In this document: positions 47,167 to 57,415 of the stretch, piece after piece | Position numbering within the stretch: position 1 is the first letter of the stretch | Layout of the letters: every line of letters starts with the position of its first letter | Assembly (NCBI GenBank): GCA_902595535.1 | Contig: CACJQI010000003.1 | Span: forward strand, 20,383-84,382 | Reading direction: 5' to 3' | From: an uncultured Pelagibacteraceae bacterium | Lineage (GTDB): Bacteria > Pseudomonadota > Alphaproteobacteria > Pelagibacterales > Pelagibacteraceae | Length of the DNA: 64,000 nt | Translations under genes and position numbers: made by a program | The notes under the pieces: generated by a model | What the model was told of the DNA's origin: nothing | Seen by the model: only the letters and a program-made list of their open reading frames with translations | The model's database searches: none

Positions 47167-48042
47167 TTGAAATATCTTTCTAATAAAAATGGATTTCTAG
47201 GAATTGATAACAAGGTCAATTTTAAAGAGAAAGTAGTCGTTGTTCCATTTGGCCTTGAAAAAACTGTCAGTTATGGTGGTGGAACTAAAAATGGACCAAA
47301 AGAAATTATTAAAGCATCACATCAAGTTGAGCTTTATGATGAAGAGTTTAACTGTGAACCTTACAAAAAAATTGGAATTAAAACTTTAAAACCATTTAAA
47401 ATTGATAAAAATATCAAAAAAGCTCTAAATAAAATGTCCAAAATTAATCAAGAAATATTGGATAAAAACCTTTTTCCAATTACTTTTGGTGGTGAACACT
47501 CAATTACCCCAGGATGTATTGATCCTTTTACTAAAAAATTTAAAGATATTTGTCTTTTACACTTTGATGCTCATGCAGATTTGCGTGAAAGTTATAATGG
47601 GGAAAAATTTTCGCACGCTTCCGCTATTAGAAGGTGTTTGGATTATTCAAATGTTTCAGTAATTTCATTTGGAATAAGAAATATTTCACAAAGTGAAATT
47701 CCTTTTTTAAAAAAAAATTCCTCTAGAATAGATATATTTTGGGCAAAGGATAAAAGTAAATGGAATTTAAATAAATTTAAAAAATTAATTAAAAATAAAA
47801 CAGTTTATCTTACTTTTGATGTTGATGGATTAGACTCGAGTATTATGCCAGCAACTGGTACCCCTGAACCAGGTGGATTACTATGGGATGAAACTTTAAA
47901 TGTTATTAAAATAGCCGCTAAAAATTCAAAAATTGTTGGAGCAGATATTAATGAACTAGCGCCAATAAAAGGCTTTAATTCATATAATTTTCTTGTAGCT
48001 AAGTTAGCTTATAAAATCTTATCGTATAAATTTTTATACTAG
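47167..48042 (+). CDS. speB: Agmatinase / ureohydrolase
   Basis: GGEHS, DAHAD, SHAS, DVDGLD, GTPEPGG. Confidence 0.9.
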   Translation: MKYLSNKNGFLGIDNKVNFKEKVVVVPFGLEKTVSYGGGTKNGPKEIIKASHQVELYDEEFNCEPYKKIGIKTLKPFKIDKNIKKALNKMSKINQEILDKNLFPITFGGEHSITPGCIDPFTKKFKDICLLHFDAHADLRESYNGEKFSHASAIRRCLDYSNVSVISFGIRNISQSEIPFLKKNSSRIDIFWAKDKSKWNLNKFKKLIKNKTVYLTFDVDGLDSSIMPATGTPEPGGLLWDETLNVIKIAAKNSKIVGADINELAPIKGFNSYNFLVAKLAYKILSYKFLY

Positions 48043-48593
48043 GCTTTAGCAGTTTTAAAAGTGCCTAATAGTAATCTGAAAGGTATCAGCATTACTAGAG
48101 CTACAAATATTTTAACCATTAAATCACCTAGAGATAATGTGATCCATGGAATTCCTGTTCCATAAAAAGATATAGAAAAAAATAAAAAAGTATCAACTGT
48201 TGATCCAATAAATGATGAAGTGAGTGGTGCAACAAACCAACTTTTTTTTCTTAATTTATCAAAGATTTGTACATCTATTAATTGTGCAACTAAAAAGGCT
48301 GTTCCAGATCCAATTGCAATTCTTACAGAAATTAAATCTGTAAAATTAGTTGAAAATAAAAGAGTAAAACTAACACCTATCGCAAAACCTATATAAACAA
48401 TTTTTCTAGCTATAAATTTTCCATAAGATCTATTTGCTAGATCAGTAATTAAAAATGCAATTGGATAAGTGAAAGCACCATAGGTTAATATTTCTTCAAG
48501 ACCATAATATTTAATTGGAAACTGAACTAAATAATTAGAAGATAAAACAACTACTCCCATAAAAAATGAGAGCAATAAAAACAGTTTGTTCAT
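48039..48593 (-). CDS. yhhQ: Queuosine precursor transporter (YhhQ/VUT family)
   Basis: GAFTYP..FL.TD, S..AFLVAQL.D, S..GS.VDT. Confidence 0.85.
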   Translation of the reverse strand: MNKLFLLLSFFMGVVVLSSNYLVQFPIKYYGLEEILTYGAFTYPIAFLITDLANRSYGKFIARKIVYIGFAIGVSFTLLFSTNFTDLISVRIAIGSGTAFLVAQLIDVQIFDKLRKKSWFVAPLTSSFIGSTVDTFLFFSISFYGTGIPWITLSLGDLMVKIFVALVMLIPFRLLLGTFKTAKA

Positions 48594-48904
48594 TATGCAG
48601 TTTTAGCTACTGGCTTTTTCTTATATGGTGATTTAATTAAAATCCCTTTTTTTAATTTTTTAAGTCTTGGGGATAAGTTTTTATTTTTAACTACTTTAAG
48701 ATACTCATCAAAACTACCTTTTTTATCAACTGATCTTACACCTGCATTGCTGACTGTTAGCTTTAAGCTTCTTTTCATTAACTCACTTGTAAATTTAACT
48801 TTTTTTAGATTAGGTAGAAATCTTCTTTTAGTCTTATTGTTAGCATGACTAACATTATGACCCTTCATTGGGATTTTTCCCGTTAATTCACATTTTTTTG
48901 ACAT
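48593..48904 (-). CDS. rpmB: 50S ribosomal protein L28
   Basis: [23 protein letters not shown]. Confidence 0.97.
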   Translation of the reverse strand: MSKKCELTGKIPMKGHNVSHANNKTKRRFLPNLKKVKFTSELMKRSLKLTVSNAGVRSVDKKGSFDEYLKVVKNKNLSPRLKKLKKGILIKSPYKKKPVAKTA

Positions 48905-48956
48905 AATAACAATGCCTATATAAGGTGAGATATTGAATGCGTCAAGTTTAATAGAT

Positions 48957-50009
48957 TTAAGATATGGTTTTATTTCCTATAATTTCTGTGAAATTCTTGA
49001 CCCCATCTCTCAATAACAAATCTTTTAGATCTTTCTTTATAATACCAGCAATATTTGGACCTTTGAAAACCATTCCGGTGTATAGCTGAATAAGATCTGC
49101 ACCAGCAATAAATTTATCATATGCTGCCTGTCCAGAGTCAACACCACCTACTCCTATAATTTTTATCTCACCTTTCAATAATCTGTAAAATTTATTAATT
49201 AAAATATTTGATTTAGTCTCAATAGGTTTTCCAGATAATCCTCCCTTTTGATGCCTTTGAATATTGCTAAGTATATCTCTAGAAGCTTCCGATGTATTAG
49301 AAATAATAATAGCATCTATTTTATTTTCCAAAAGAATTTCTGAAATTAAGTTAATTTGGCTTTCATCTATATCTGGTGAAATTTTTACTGCTACTGGAAT
49401 GTCTGAATTTAAATCATTTTTTTCTTTTAGAATTAATTTTAGTAATTCCTGTAATTTATTTTCTTTGTGAAAATTTCTTAAATTTTCTGTATTTGGAGAT
49501 GAAATATTAACTGTTACATAATCTGCAACTTCATGAAAAGTTTTTAAACCAATTAAATAGTCATTCAATCTATCATTTGAATCTTTGTTGGGTCCTATAT
49601 TAACACCAAGTAATCCCGATTTATCTTTTGATTTTATACGATCATAAATAATTTTTGCTCCATGATTATTAAATCCTAATCTATTAATTAAAGCTTCATC
49701 TTCTACAAGTCTAAAAACTCTTGGTTTAGGATTTCCATACTGTTTTAAAGGAGTGATGGTGCCAACTTCTACAAAACCAAAACCTAATCTAAATAAGGCA
49801 TTATAAACTTCAGCATTTTTATCAAAACCAGCTGCCATTCCTATCGGATTATCTAACTCTTTATTAAATATTTTAGTTTTAAAAAGTGGATCATTTTTAT
49901 TCTCATCAAATATATTTGAAACTAAATTTAATTTTAATGATTTAATTGCTAAAGTGTGTGCTTTTTCAGGATCTATTTTAAATATTAAAGATCTAATCTT
50001 TGAGAACAT
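48957..50009 (-). CDS. pyrD: Quinone-dependent dihydroorotate dehydrogenase
   Basis: [31 protein letters not shown]. Confidence 0.96.
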   Translation of the reverse strand: MFSKIRSLIFKIDPEKAHTLAIKSLKLNLVSNIFDENKNDPLFKTKIFNKELDNPIGMAAGFDKNAEVYNALFRLGFGFVEVGTITPLKQYGNPKPRVFRLVEDEALINRLGFNNHGAKIIYDRIKSKDKSGLLGVNIGPNKDSNDRLNDYLIGLKTFHEVADYVTVNISSPNTENLRNFHKENKLQELLKLILKEKNDLNSDIPVAVKISPDIDESQINLISEILLENKIDAIIISNTSEASRDILSNIQRHQKGGLSGKPIETKSNILINKFYRLLKGEIKIIGVGGVDSGQAAYDKFIAGADLIQLYTGMVFKGPNIAGIIKKDLKDLLLRDGVKNFTEIIGNKTIS

Positions 50010-51571
50010 TATTTAAGTTTATTTATTAACAGCTCTTTAGTTTCTTTAACACCAAAAAAACTAATAAAAAATCCCATACGAGGTCCGTTTTCATCTCCAA
50101 AAACTACCTCATAAATCAATTTAAACCAATCTCTTAAATTTTTAGCATAACCATTTTCTTTTCCTGTTGAATAAATCAGAGTTTGTATGTCTTCTGGAGA
50201 CATTTCATCTGTACATTTTTCTAAAGTTTTTACTAAGGCCTGCAAAGCCAATTTTTCATTTTCACTTGGAGATTTATATTTTTTTTGAGCTTTAATTACG
50301 TCATTAAAATACTTAATTGCATATCCAACAAGTCCGTCAAAAATTGGAAATTTTTTTTCATCAATATCTGGTTTATATTTTTTAACAAATTTCCATAGTA
50401 ATTCTTTGCTATCAGCATTACTGGTTTCAACTAAGTTTAGTAGCATTGAAAATGTCATGATTATATCTTCATTTGGAATATTTCCATTATGCACGTGCCA
50501 TACGGGATTCATTAATAACTGTAGTTCATTTTGTTTTATTGATTTTTCAATGCAATCTAAATAATCATCAACTGCCTTAGGCACTATTTCATTGTAAAGT
50601 TTTTTAGCTCTTTTCGGATTTTGATACATATACAAAGATAAACTTTCTGGAGAAGCATAATTTAACCATTGATCAATAGTAATACCATTGCCTTTTGATT
50701 TAGAAATTTTCTCCCCTTTTTCATCCAAAAATAACTCATAAGCAAATCCAGATGGATTTTTCTTACCAATTAAATTTATAATTTTTGTTGATAAAATTGC
50801 ACTTTCAATTAAATCTTTGCCATACATTTCAAAATCTATATCAAGCGCGTACCACCTCATTGCCCAATCGACTTTCCATTGAAGTTTACATTTTCCATCT
50901 AAGATACTAGCTTCTAATTTTTTTCCTTTATTATCAAAAATAATTCTAGATTTTTCTTTATCAATTTCTAATAAAGGTATTTCTAAAACATGCCCTGTAT
51001 CAGGGCATATTGGTAGAAATGGGCAATAAGTTTGCTGACGTTCTTTGCCTAAAGTGGGAATTATAATATTCATAATTCCCTCATAATTATCTAAAATAAT
51101 CTTTAACGTTGGATTAAAGAAACCACTTTTATAAAGAGCTGTAGAACTTTGAAAATTATATTTAAATTTAAAACTATCTAAAAAATTTTTTAACATTTGA
51201 TTATTATGCTCTCCAAAACTATTAAATTTTTCAAAAGGATCTGGGACTTGGGTTAATGGTTTATGAAGATTATGATTTAGTAGTTTTTGATTAGGAACGT
51301 TTTCTGGAACTTTTCTTAATCCATCCATATCATCCGAAAATGTTATTATTTCAGTTGGTAAATCTGTTAATTGATTTAAGGCGTTAACCATCATTGATGT
51401 ACGTGCAACTTCTCCAAATGTCCCTATGTGAGGAAGTCCACTTGGACCATAACCTGTTTGGAGTGTGATCTTACCTTTTTTTTCAATAAAAGACTTTCTT
51501 TCACGAAGCATTTTTTTTGCTTCCACAAAAGGCCATGCACTTGTTTTATCTAAATTTTCTTTTTTAATCAT
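50009..51571 (-). CDS. lysS: Lysine-tRNA ligase, class I
   Basis: PSGLPHIG, KLQWKVDW, KISKSKGN, GPRMG. Confidence 0.96.
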   Translation of the reverse strand: MIKKENLDKTSAWPFVEAKKMLRERKSFIEKKGKITLQTGYGPSGLPHIGTFGEVARTSMMVNALNQLTDLPTEIITFSDDMDGLRKVPENVPNQKLLNHNLHKPLTQVPDPFEKFNSFGEHNNQMLKNFLDSFKFKYNFQSSTALYKSGFFNPTLKIILDNYEGIMNIIIPTLGKERQQTYCPFLPICPDTGHVLEIPLLEIDKEKSRIIFDNKGKKLEASILDGKCKLQWKVDWAMRWYALDIDFEMYGKDLIESAILSTKIINLIGKKNPSGFAYELFLDEKGEKISKSKGNGITIDQWLNYASPESLSLYMYQNPKRAKKLYNEIVPKAVDDYLDCIEKSIKQNELQLLMNPVWHVHNGNIPNEDIIMTFSMLLNLVETSNADSKELLWKFVKKYKPDIDEKKFPIFDGLVGYAIKYFNDVIKAQKKYKSPSENEKLALQALVKTLEKCTDEMSPEDIQTLIYSTGKENGYAKNLRDWFKLIYEVVFGDENGPRMGFFISFFGVKETKELLINKLK

Positions 51572-51661
51572 GAATAATTCTTATAAAAAATCTTAAATTA
51601 GCGATTTTATTAATTCTTATAGAGTTGAAATTTATTTACCATAAAATAATGTTCTTTCAAA

Positions 51662-53101
51662 ATGTCTAATTACAAAACTGTTTTTTTTACACTTGGAATT
51701 TTGCAAATAATTCTTGGCGTTTCAATGTTCATACCTATAATAGCTCAGTTTGTTTATTCTGAAGTGGACTCCTCATTCTTTGGTGCCTCAATAATAACAA
51801 TTGTATTTGGAACTTTATTTTTTTTATCAAATCTAGATCATGAAAGAAAATTAAATTTACAACAGGCTTTTTTATTAACAGCTCTATCGTGGTTAAATAT
51901 AGCAATTTTCGGATCACTTCCTTTTATATTTTCAACTATTGAACTTACAATTACTGATGCTTTTTTTGAGAGTATGTCAGGTATTACTACCACTGGTTCT
52001 ACAATTATTTCTAATTTAGAAAATACACCAAAAGGAATTTTATTATGGAGAGCTATCCTTCAATGGCTAGGCGGTATTGGTATAATTGTTATGGCAATTA
52101 CACTTATGCCAATAATGAATGTTGGTGGCATGCAATTATTTAAAATATCAAGCAATGACTCTTCTGAAAAGATACTTCCAAAGTCTAAAGAAATAGCATT
52201 AAGATTAATTTATATCTATTCCGGTTTAACAGTACTTTGTGCCTTTACCTATTGGATATTTGGAATGGGAAAATTTGATAGTTTAACCCACTCTATGACT
52301 ACAATAGCAACTGGCGGTTTTTCAAATTACAACCAATCTATAGGTTATTTTAATAGTATTCCCATAGAGCTATCATCAATGATATTTATCATTTTAGGAA
52401 GTTTACCTTTCATTGCCTATATTAAATTTCTAAGTGGTGATAAAAAAATTTTTTTAAGAGATATTCAAATAAAAACTTTTATTAAAATTATTATTATAAC
52501 TATTTTTATACTTTCAATTTACCTATTAATAACTAACGGCAACGAATTTAGTTTAAGATCAATTTCTTTTAACACAATTTCAATTTTAACTGGAACGGGT
52601 TACGTGAGTGCTGAATTTGATGGATGGGGAAGCTTTCCTTTGACACTATTTTTTGCTTTAATGTTTATAGGTGGATGTGCAGGATCAACTACTTGTGGAG
52701 TTAAAATTTTTAGAGTTCAAATTTTATATTTATTTATAACTAATCAACTAAAAAAAATTATCTATCCCAGGGGAGTTTTTGTAATTAAATACGATCAAAA
52801 TTCTGTTGATGATAAATTTATTGCATCAATAATTTCATTTATATATTTTTATTTTGTAATTTTTTTTATACTTGCCGCTATATTATCATTAACAGGACTT
52901 GATTTTATCACAGCAATCTCTGGGGCAGCTACTTCAATTTCAAATGTTGGTCCTGGTTTAGGGCCTATAATTGGTCCAAATGGAGATTTTTCATCATTAC
53001 CAGATATGTCTAAATGGGTTTTAACGGTGGGAATGATTTTAGGTAGACTTGAATTATTTGCAATATTAGTATTGTTTCTACCATCATTTTGGAGAAATTA
53101 A
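51662..53101 (+). CDS. trkH: TrkH potassium uptake protein
   Basis: FESMSGITTTG, WLGGIG, TIATGGF, GGCAGST, GPGLG, GRLE. Confidence 0.94.
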   Translation: MSNYKTVFFTLGILQIILGVSMFIPIIAQFVYSEVDSSFFGASIITIVFGTLFFLSNLDHERKLNLQQAFLLTALSWLNIAIFGSLPFIFSTIELTITDAFFESMSGITTTGSTIISNLENTPKGILLWRAILQWLGGIGIIVMAITLMPIMNVGGMQLFKISSNDSSEKILPKSKEIALRLIYIYSGLTVLCAFTYWIFGMGKFDSLTHSMTTIATGGFSNYNQSIGYFNSIPIELSSMIFIILGSLPFIAYIKFLSGDKKIFLRDIQIKTFIKIIIITIFILSIYLLITNGNEFSLRSISFNTISILTGTGYVSAEFDGWGSFPLTLFFALMFIGGCAGSTTCGVKIFRVQILYLFITNQLKKIIYPRGVFVIKYDQNSVDDKFIASIISFIYFYFVIFFILAAILSLTGLDFITAISGAATSISNVGPGLGPIIGPNGDFSSLPDMSKWVLTVGMILGRLELFAILVLFLPSFWRN

Positions 53102-53103
53102 TT

Positions 53104-54513
53104 ATGATAGAAATAGAAATAAAAAAACAATCTTTATTGAAAACACTATCTCTTTATTTTGAAAAAAGAATGTCTAGAATTTTGTTATTAGGAATTATTC
53201 AAGGTTTTCCTTTTGTACTAATTTATACCGCACTTAATCTTTGGTTAAGAGATAATGATTTCACTAGAACTCAAGTAGGCTTTATATCTTTAATTGGTAT
53301 AACTTATGGGTTTAATTGGTTGTGGGCTCCACTTGTTGACCGAATTCGTATTCCTTGGTTAACTAATAAGATTGGCCATCGTCGAGGATGGGTTGTTACT
53401 ATGCAGTCTATTATTTTAATTAGTTTAGTCTTATGGGGTCTTAATAATCCAAAAGAAAATATATGGATAATTGGATTAGTAGGTTTAATAATAGCTATTG
53501 CTTCAGCAACTCAAGATATTGCTTTAGATGCATTAAGAATTGAACAAGTTGGAAAAACTGAGCAAGCTTCAATGTCTGCAGGTGCAGGAGTAATGGTAAT
53601 AGGTTGGTTTACTGGGTATAAGGTTGGAGGAATTATAACCTTGTTTATTGCTGATTATCTTGAAAAATTAGGAGTTCAAAATTTTTGGCAAGTAACTTTT
53701 CTGTTTCTCACAATTATAATAATTGCATGCAACATTGCTTTAATGTTTTTTCCAGAGGAACACTCTACAGAAAGACAAGATCAACAAAAAGAATCAGATC
53801 AATTGATAGCAAATAAATTAGGATCTTCTAAATCAATAAATAATATACTTGCTTGGATTATAGGAACTATTACAGGACCTTTTATTAGTTTCTTTAAAAG
53901 TAAAGGATTTAAAATAGGAATATATATTATTACTTTTTTATTTCTTTTTAAAATTGGTGAGGCATTCCTAGGGAAAATGTCCGTAATTTTTTATGATGAT
54001 ATGGGATTTTCAAAAAAAGATATTGCAATTTATTCAAAAGGATATGGATACCTCGTTACAATAATATTTACTATGGTCGGTAGTTTTTTTGCAATACGTT
54101 CAGGTTTAGTAAAAGCTATGATTATTGCTGGAATTCTTATGGCTTCTACAAATCTACTATTTTCAGCCCTAGCTTTATATGGAAAATCAGAATTACTTTT
54201 TGCAACAGCAGTAATTCTTGATGAAATTACTTCTGCTGTTTCGACAGTTATTTTTGTAGCTTTTATTTCAATTTTAGTTGATAGAACTTATACAGCTACT
54301 CATTATGCTTTAATGGCTTCACTAGCAACATTTGGAAAAAATGTTTTTTCAGCATTTTCTGGATTTGTAGTTGATAAACTTGAATTTTTAAATAGTGCTG
54401 AAAATTTACATAATGATTGGGCGGTATTTTTTGTAATTACTTCTTTAATGGTGGTTCCATCATTAATTTTTTTATGGGTGATAAAAGATAAGCTAGGAAT
54501 TAGTGAAAGATAA
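53104..54513 (+). CDS. ampG: AmpG-like MFS muropeptide permease
   Basis: WLWAPLVD, GHRRGW, SATQDIALDA. Likely start 53104. Confidence 0.85.
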   Translation: MIEIEIKKQSLLKTLSLYFEKRMSRILLLGIIQGFPFVLIYTALNLWLRDNDFTRTQVGFISLIGITYGFNWLWAPLVDRIRIPWLTNKIGHRRGWVVTMQSIILISLVLWGLNNPKENIWIIGLVGLIIAIASATQDIALDALRIEQVGKTEQASMSAGAGVMVIGWFTGYKVGGIITLFIADYLEKLGVQNFWQVTFLFLTIIIIACNIALMFFPEEHSTERQDQQKESDQLIANKLGSSKSINNILAWIIGTITGPFISFFKSKGFKIGIYIITFLFLFKIGEAFLGKMSVIFYDDMGFSKKDIAIYSKGYGYLVTIIFTMVGSFFAIRSGLVKAMIIAGILMASTNLLFSALALYGKSELLFATAVILDEITSAVSTVIFVAFISILVDRTYTATHYALMASLATFGKNVFSAFSGFVVDKLEFLNSAENLHNDWAVFFVITSLMVVPSLIFLWVIKDKLGISER

Positions 54514-55249
54514 TTTTTTTTGTAAGAAACCATTTATAAATCTTTACGAGCGACCATCTGATAACTCAGAAATAGCTTCACAAATAATTTATGGAGAAAA
54601 ATTTAAAGTTTTATCAAAAAATAAAAAATGGATTAAGATAAAAAATTTATTCGATAATTATGTTGGTTATATTAAAAATGATAATTTTAAAGAAAAACAC
54701 AGACCAACACACAAAATTTGTAATTTAAAATCAAATATTTTCAAAAAGCCAAATACTAGAACTAAAAATTTTTTACCATTTGGATCAAAAATTTTAATAA
54801 TTTGTCAAAATAAAAAATTTGTAGAATTTGAAAAGAATAAATGGATAAAAAAAACAGATATTAAAAAATTAAACTATAAAGAAAAAAATTATACCAAAAT
54901 ATTTAAAAAATTTTTACAAGTTAAATATATTTGGGGTGGAAAAACATTTCGAGGTATTGATTGTTCAGCCTTATTACAAATATTTTATCATTATAATAAC
55001 TTATTTTATCCAAGAGATACAAAGGACCAAATCAAATATTCAAAAGGTAAATTAAAAAAGAGAAAATATAAAAAAGGTGATATCATATTTTGGAAAGGTC
55101 ACGTTGCTATTTGTTTAAATTCAAAAAAACTAATTCATGCTTATGGACCTGAAAAAAAAGTTTTAATTATGCCAATAATCAAAACAATAAATAGAATTAA
55201 AAAAACAGCAAATTTAGAAGTAAAAAAAGTAGCTAGAATTAAATATTAA
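54503..55249 (+). CDS. SH3 + NlpC/P60 (C40) peptidase
   Basis: YIWGGKT..GIDCSAL, KGHVAI, IHA. Confidence 0.88.
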   Translation: MKDNFFCKKPFINLYERPSDNSEIASQIIYGEKFKVLSKNKKWIKIKNLFDNYVGYIKNDNFKEKHRPTHKICNLKSNIFKKPNTRTKNFLPFGSKILIICQNKKFVEFEKNKWIKKTDIKKLNYKEKNYTKIFKKFLQVKYIWGGKTFRGIDCSALLQIFYHYNNLFYPRDTKDQIKYSKGKLKKRKYKKGDIIFWKGHVAICLNSKKLIHAYGPEKKVLIMPIIKTINRIKKTANLEVKKVARIKY

Positions 55250-56142
55250 TTTCTACCAAAATCTGGTTTATCAATATCTTGTTTTAATTTAATAATTTTT
55301 GATCTTACTTTTTTAGTTTGAACAAGTTTTTTTAAAATAGACTTATTATTTTTAGCATTAATATCTTTCTTGAATGCGCTTAAATTTTTTATAAATAAAT
55401 CAATTGCTTTTGAAATATTTTTTTTATTGTTAAAAAATATATCTCTCCACATAATTTCATTTGAAGCAGCTATTCTGGAAAAATCTCTTAAACCACCAGC
55501 GCTATATTTGATTAGTCCAAAGTTTTGTTTTTTTTCAAAATCTTGTGCTGACTTAACTAAATTATATGCAATCAAATGAGGAAGATGGCTAGTTATTGAA
55601 AAAATTTTATCATGTTTTTCTGGTGTCATCACAACTACTTTAGAGCCGATTTTTTTCCAGAATTTGCTTAACAAATTCAAATGAATTTTTTTAGTATTTT
55701 GATCTTTTATTAATACACACCATTTATCAACGAAAATATTTTCTTTACCATATTCTGGGCCACTTACCTCAGAACCTGCTATTGGGTGACTTTGTATCCA
55801 ATTCAAATCTTTCCTCAAAGATTTTTTAATAATTTTTGTTGTTTCAATTTTAGAAGAACCAACATCTGTGATTAATGTGTTCGGTTTTATAAATTTATTA
55901 ATTTTGATTATAAGTCTCTTATATTCGCTCATTGGAGTACAAAAAATTATAAGATCAGAATTAATTATCCCTTCTCTAAGTTTTTTTACAATTACTCCAG
56001 GTAGCTTAAGTTTTTTTATTTTAGCAATATTTGTTATCGATTTTTCATAAACAAATATTTTTTTTGCTAACTTTTTTTTATGAATACGTCTCAATAATGA
56101 AGAGCCTAATAATCCACACCCAATAATCAAAATATTTTTCAT
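55246..56142 (-). CDS. tyrA: Prephenate/arogenate (cyclohexadienyl) dehydrogenase
   Basis: GCGLLG, DVGSSK, HPIAGSE.SG, SHLPHL, GGLRDFSRIA. Confidence 0.92.
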   Translation of the reverse strand: MKNILIIGCGLLGSSLLRRIHKKKLAKKIFVYEKSITNIAKIKKLKLPGVIVKKLREGIINSDLIIFCTPMSEYKRLIIKINKFIKPNTLITDVGSSKIETTKIIKKSLRKDLNWIQSHPIAGSEVSGPEYGKENIFVDKWCVLIKDQNTKKIHLNLLSKFWKKIGSKVVVMTPEKHDKIFSITSHLPHLIAYNLVKSAQDFEKKQNFGLIKYSAGGLRDFSRIAASNEIMWRDIFFNNKKNISKAIDLFIKNLSAFKKDINAKNNKSILKKLVQTKKVRSKIIKLKQDIDKPDFGRN

Positions 56143-57224
56143 TAGTTTAATACCTCTTTTGCAACACTTAAGAACTTTAAATTTTCTTTTTTAGACCCAA
56201 TAGTTAATCTTAATTTATTATTAATATGATATCCGTCTCGGGTTGATCTTAAAATTATCCCTTTATTTTTTAATTTTTCATATAAATATTTTGCTGAATA
56301 TTTGCACTTTTCAAAATCAAGAAACAAAAAATTTGCAGAAACAGGATTGGAATAAATTTTATAATCCTCTAAAAATTTTTTAATCTTTTTTGCATATAAT
56401 AAATTGTGCTTAATTGATCTATTTATAAATTTTTTATCCTTTAGAGACTCAGCTGCAGCTAATTGAGCTATTCCATTAATATTGAAAGGTGGTTTAATTA
56501 CATTTAAAGCATTAATTATTTTTTTTGAACCATATCCCCATCCTACTCGTAAAGAAGCTAAACCAAACATTTTTGAAAAAGTTCTTAGAATGAAAACATT
56601 TTCTTTATTTTTAAATAAATCTAAACCTGAAGCATAGTCTGAATTTCTCATATATTCAGCGTAAGCATCGTCAATTACTAATAATATATTTTTATTTAAC
56701 TTTTTTCGTAATTCTATGACCTCCTTTTTTGTCAAATAAGTCCCTGTTGGATTATTGGGATTTGCAATAAAGACGATCTTTGTTTTTTTAGTAATTTTTT
56801 TTAAGATTTCTTTAGTTGAAATTTTAAAATTTTTTTCTTTAGCAAATACAACTTTTGCACCAACTATTTTTGCGTAAATCCTATACATTAAAAAACTAAA
56901 TTCTGGAAGTACCACTTCATCTTTTGGATTTAAAAATAATTGACAAATCATCTGTATAACCTCATCTGATCCTGCTCCACAAATGATTTTGTCTTTATTG
57001 CACTTATAAGCTTTAGATATAGCTTTTTTTAAAATCTCAGATTTTCCATCTGGATATTTGTCTAAAGATAATTTCTTATTTGATATGAATTTTTTGACTC
57101 TAGGGCTCATGCCTAAGGCAGACTCATTTGCTGATAATTTTATTACTTTTTTTAGTTTTCTTATTTTTGACTTACCAGGCTTATAAACTTCAATATTAAA
57201 TTTTTTAAACTTTGGAGTGTTCAT
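56142..57224 (-). CDS. hisC: Histidinol-phosphate aminotransferase
   Basis: LSANE, GAGSDE, NPNNPTG, DDAY, RTFSK..GLA.LRVGW. Confidence 0.93.
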   Translation of the reverse strand: MNTPKFKKFNIEVYKPGKSKIRKLKKVIKLSANESALGMSPRVKKFISNKKLSLDKYPDGKSEILKKAISKAYKCNKDKIICGAGSDEVIQMICQLFLNPKDEVVLPEFSFLMYRIYAKIVGAKVVFAKEKNFKISTKEILKKITKKTKIVFIANPNNPTGTYLTKKEVIELRKKLNKNILLVIDDAYAEYMRNSDYASGLDLFKNKENVFILRTFSKMFGLASLRVGWGYGSKKIINALNVIKPPFNINGIAQLAAAESLKDKKFINRSIKHNLLYAKKIKKFLEDYKIYSNPVSANFLFLDFEKCKYSAKYLYEKLKNKGIILRSTRDGYHINNKLRLTIGSKKENLKFLSVAKEVLN

Positions 57225-57297
57225 TTTTTTATTTTTATGAGCTCTTTATAGATAAAATTACAAATTTTTATATAGAATAAGAGAATATTTTAAAAAA

Positions 57298-57326
57298 TTG
57301 ACATAATTATCAAGTTCTTGTAAAAA
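57298..57326 (+). promoter_or_regulatory. Putative sigma70 promoter of metXW
   Basis: TTGACA (57298), 17 nt, TAAAAA. The predicted start falls at the 5' end of the riboswitch. Confidence 0.55.
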
Positions 57327-57330
57327 AATT

Positions 57331-57381
57331 ATGCGCTGATTTAACTGAATTGCGAGCGCTTAAAAAAAACCGCTAAAATAG
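57331..57381 (+). ncRNA. SAM-II riboswitch
   Basis: GCGCTGATTTAACTGAATTGCGAGCGC...CCGCTAAA matches the SAM-II consensus. P1 is GCGCT (57333-57337) / AGCGC (57355-57359). Directly upstream of metX. Confidence 0.9.
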
Positions 57382-57415
57382 TTTTTTTTTCTCTCAATTC
57401 AAATAAATCTTTATT

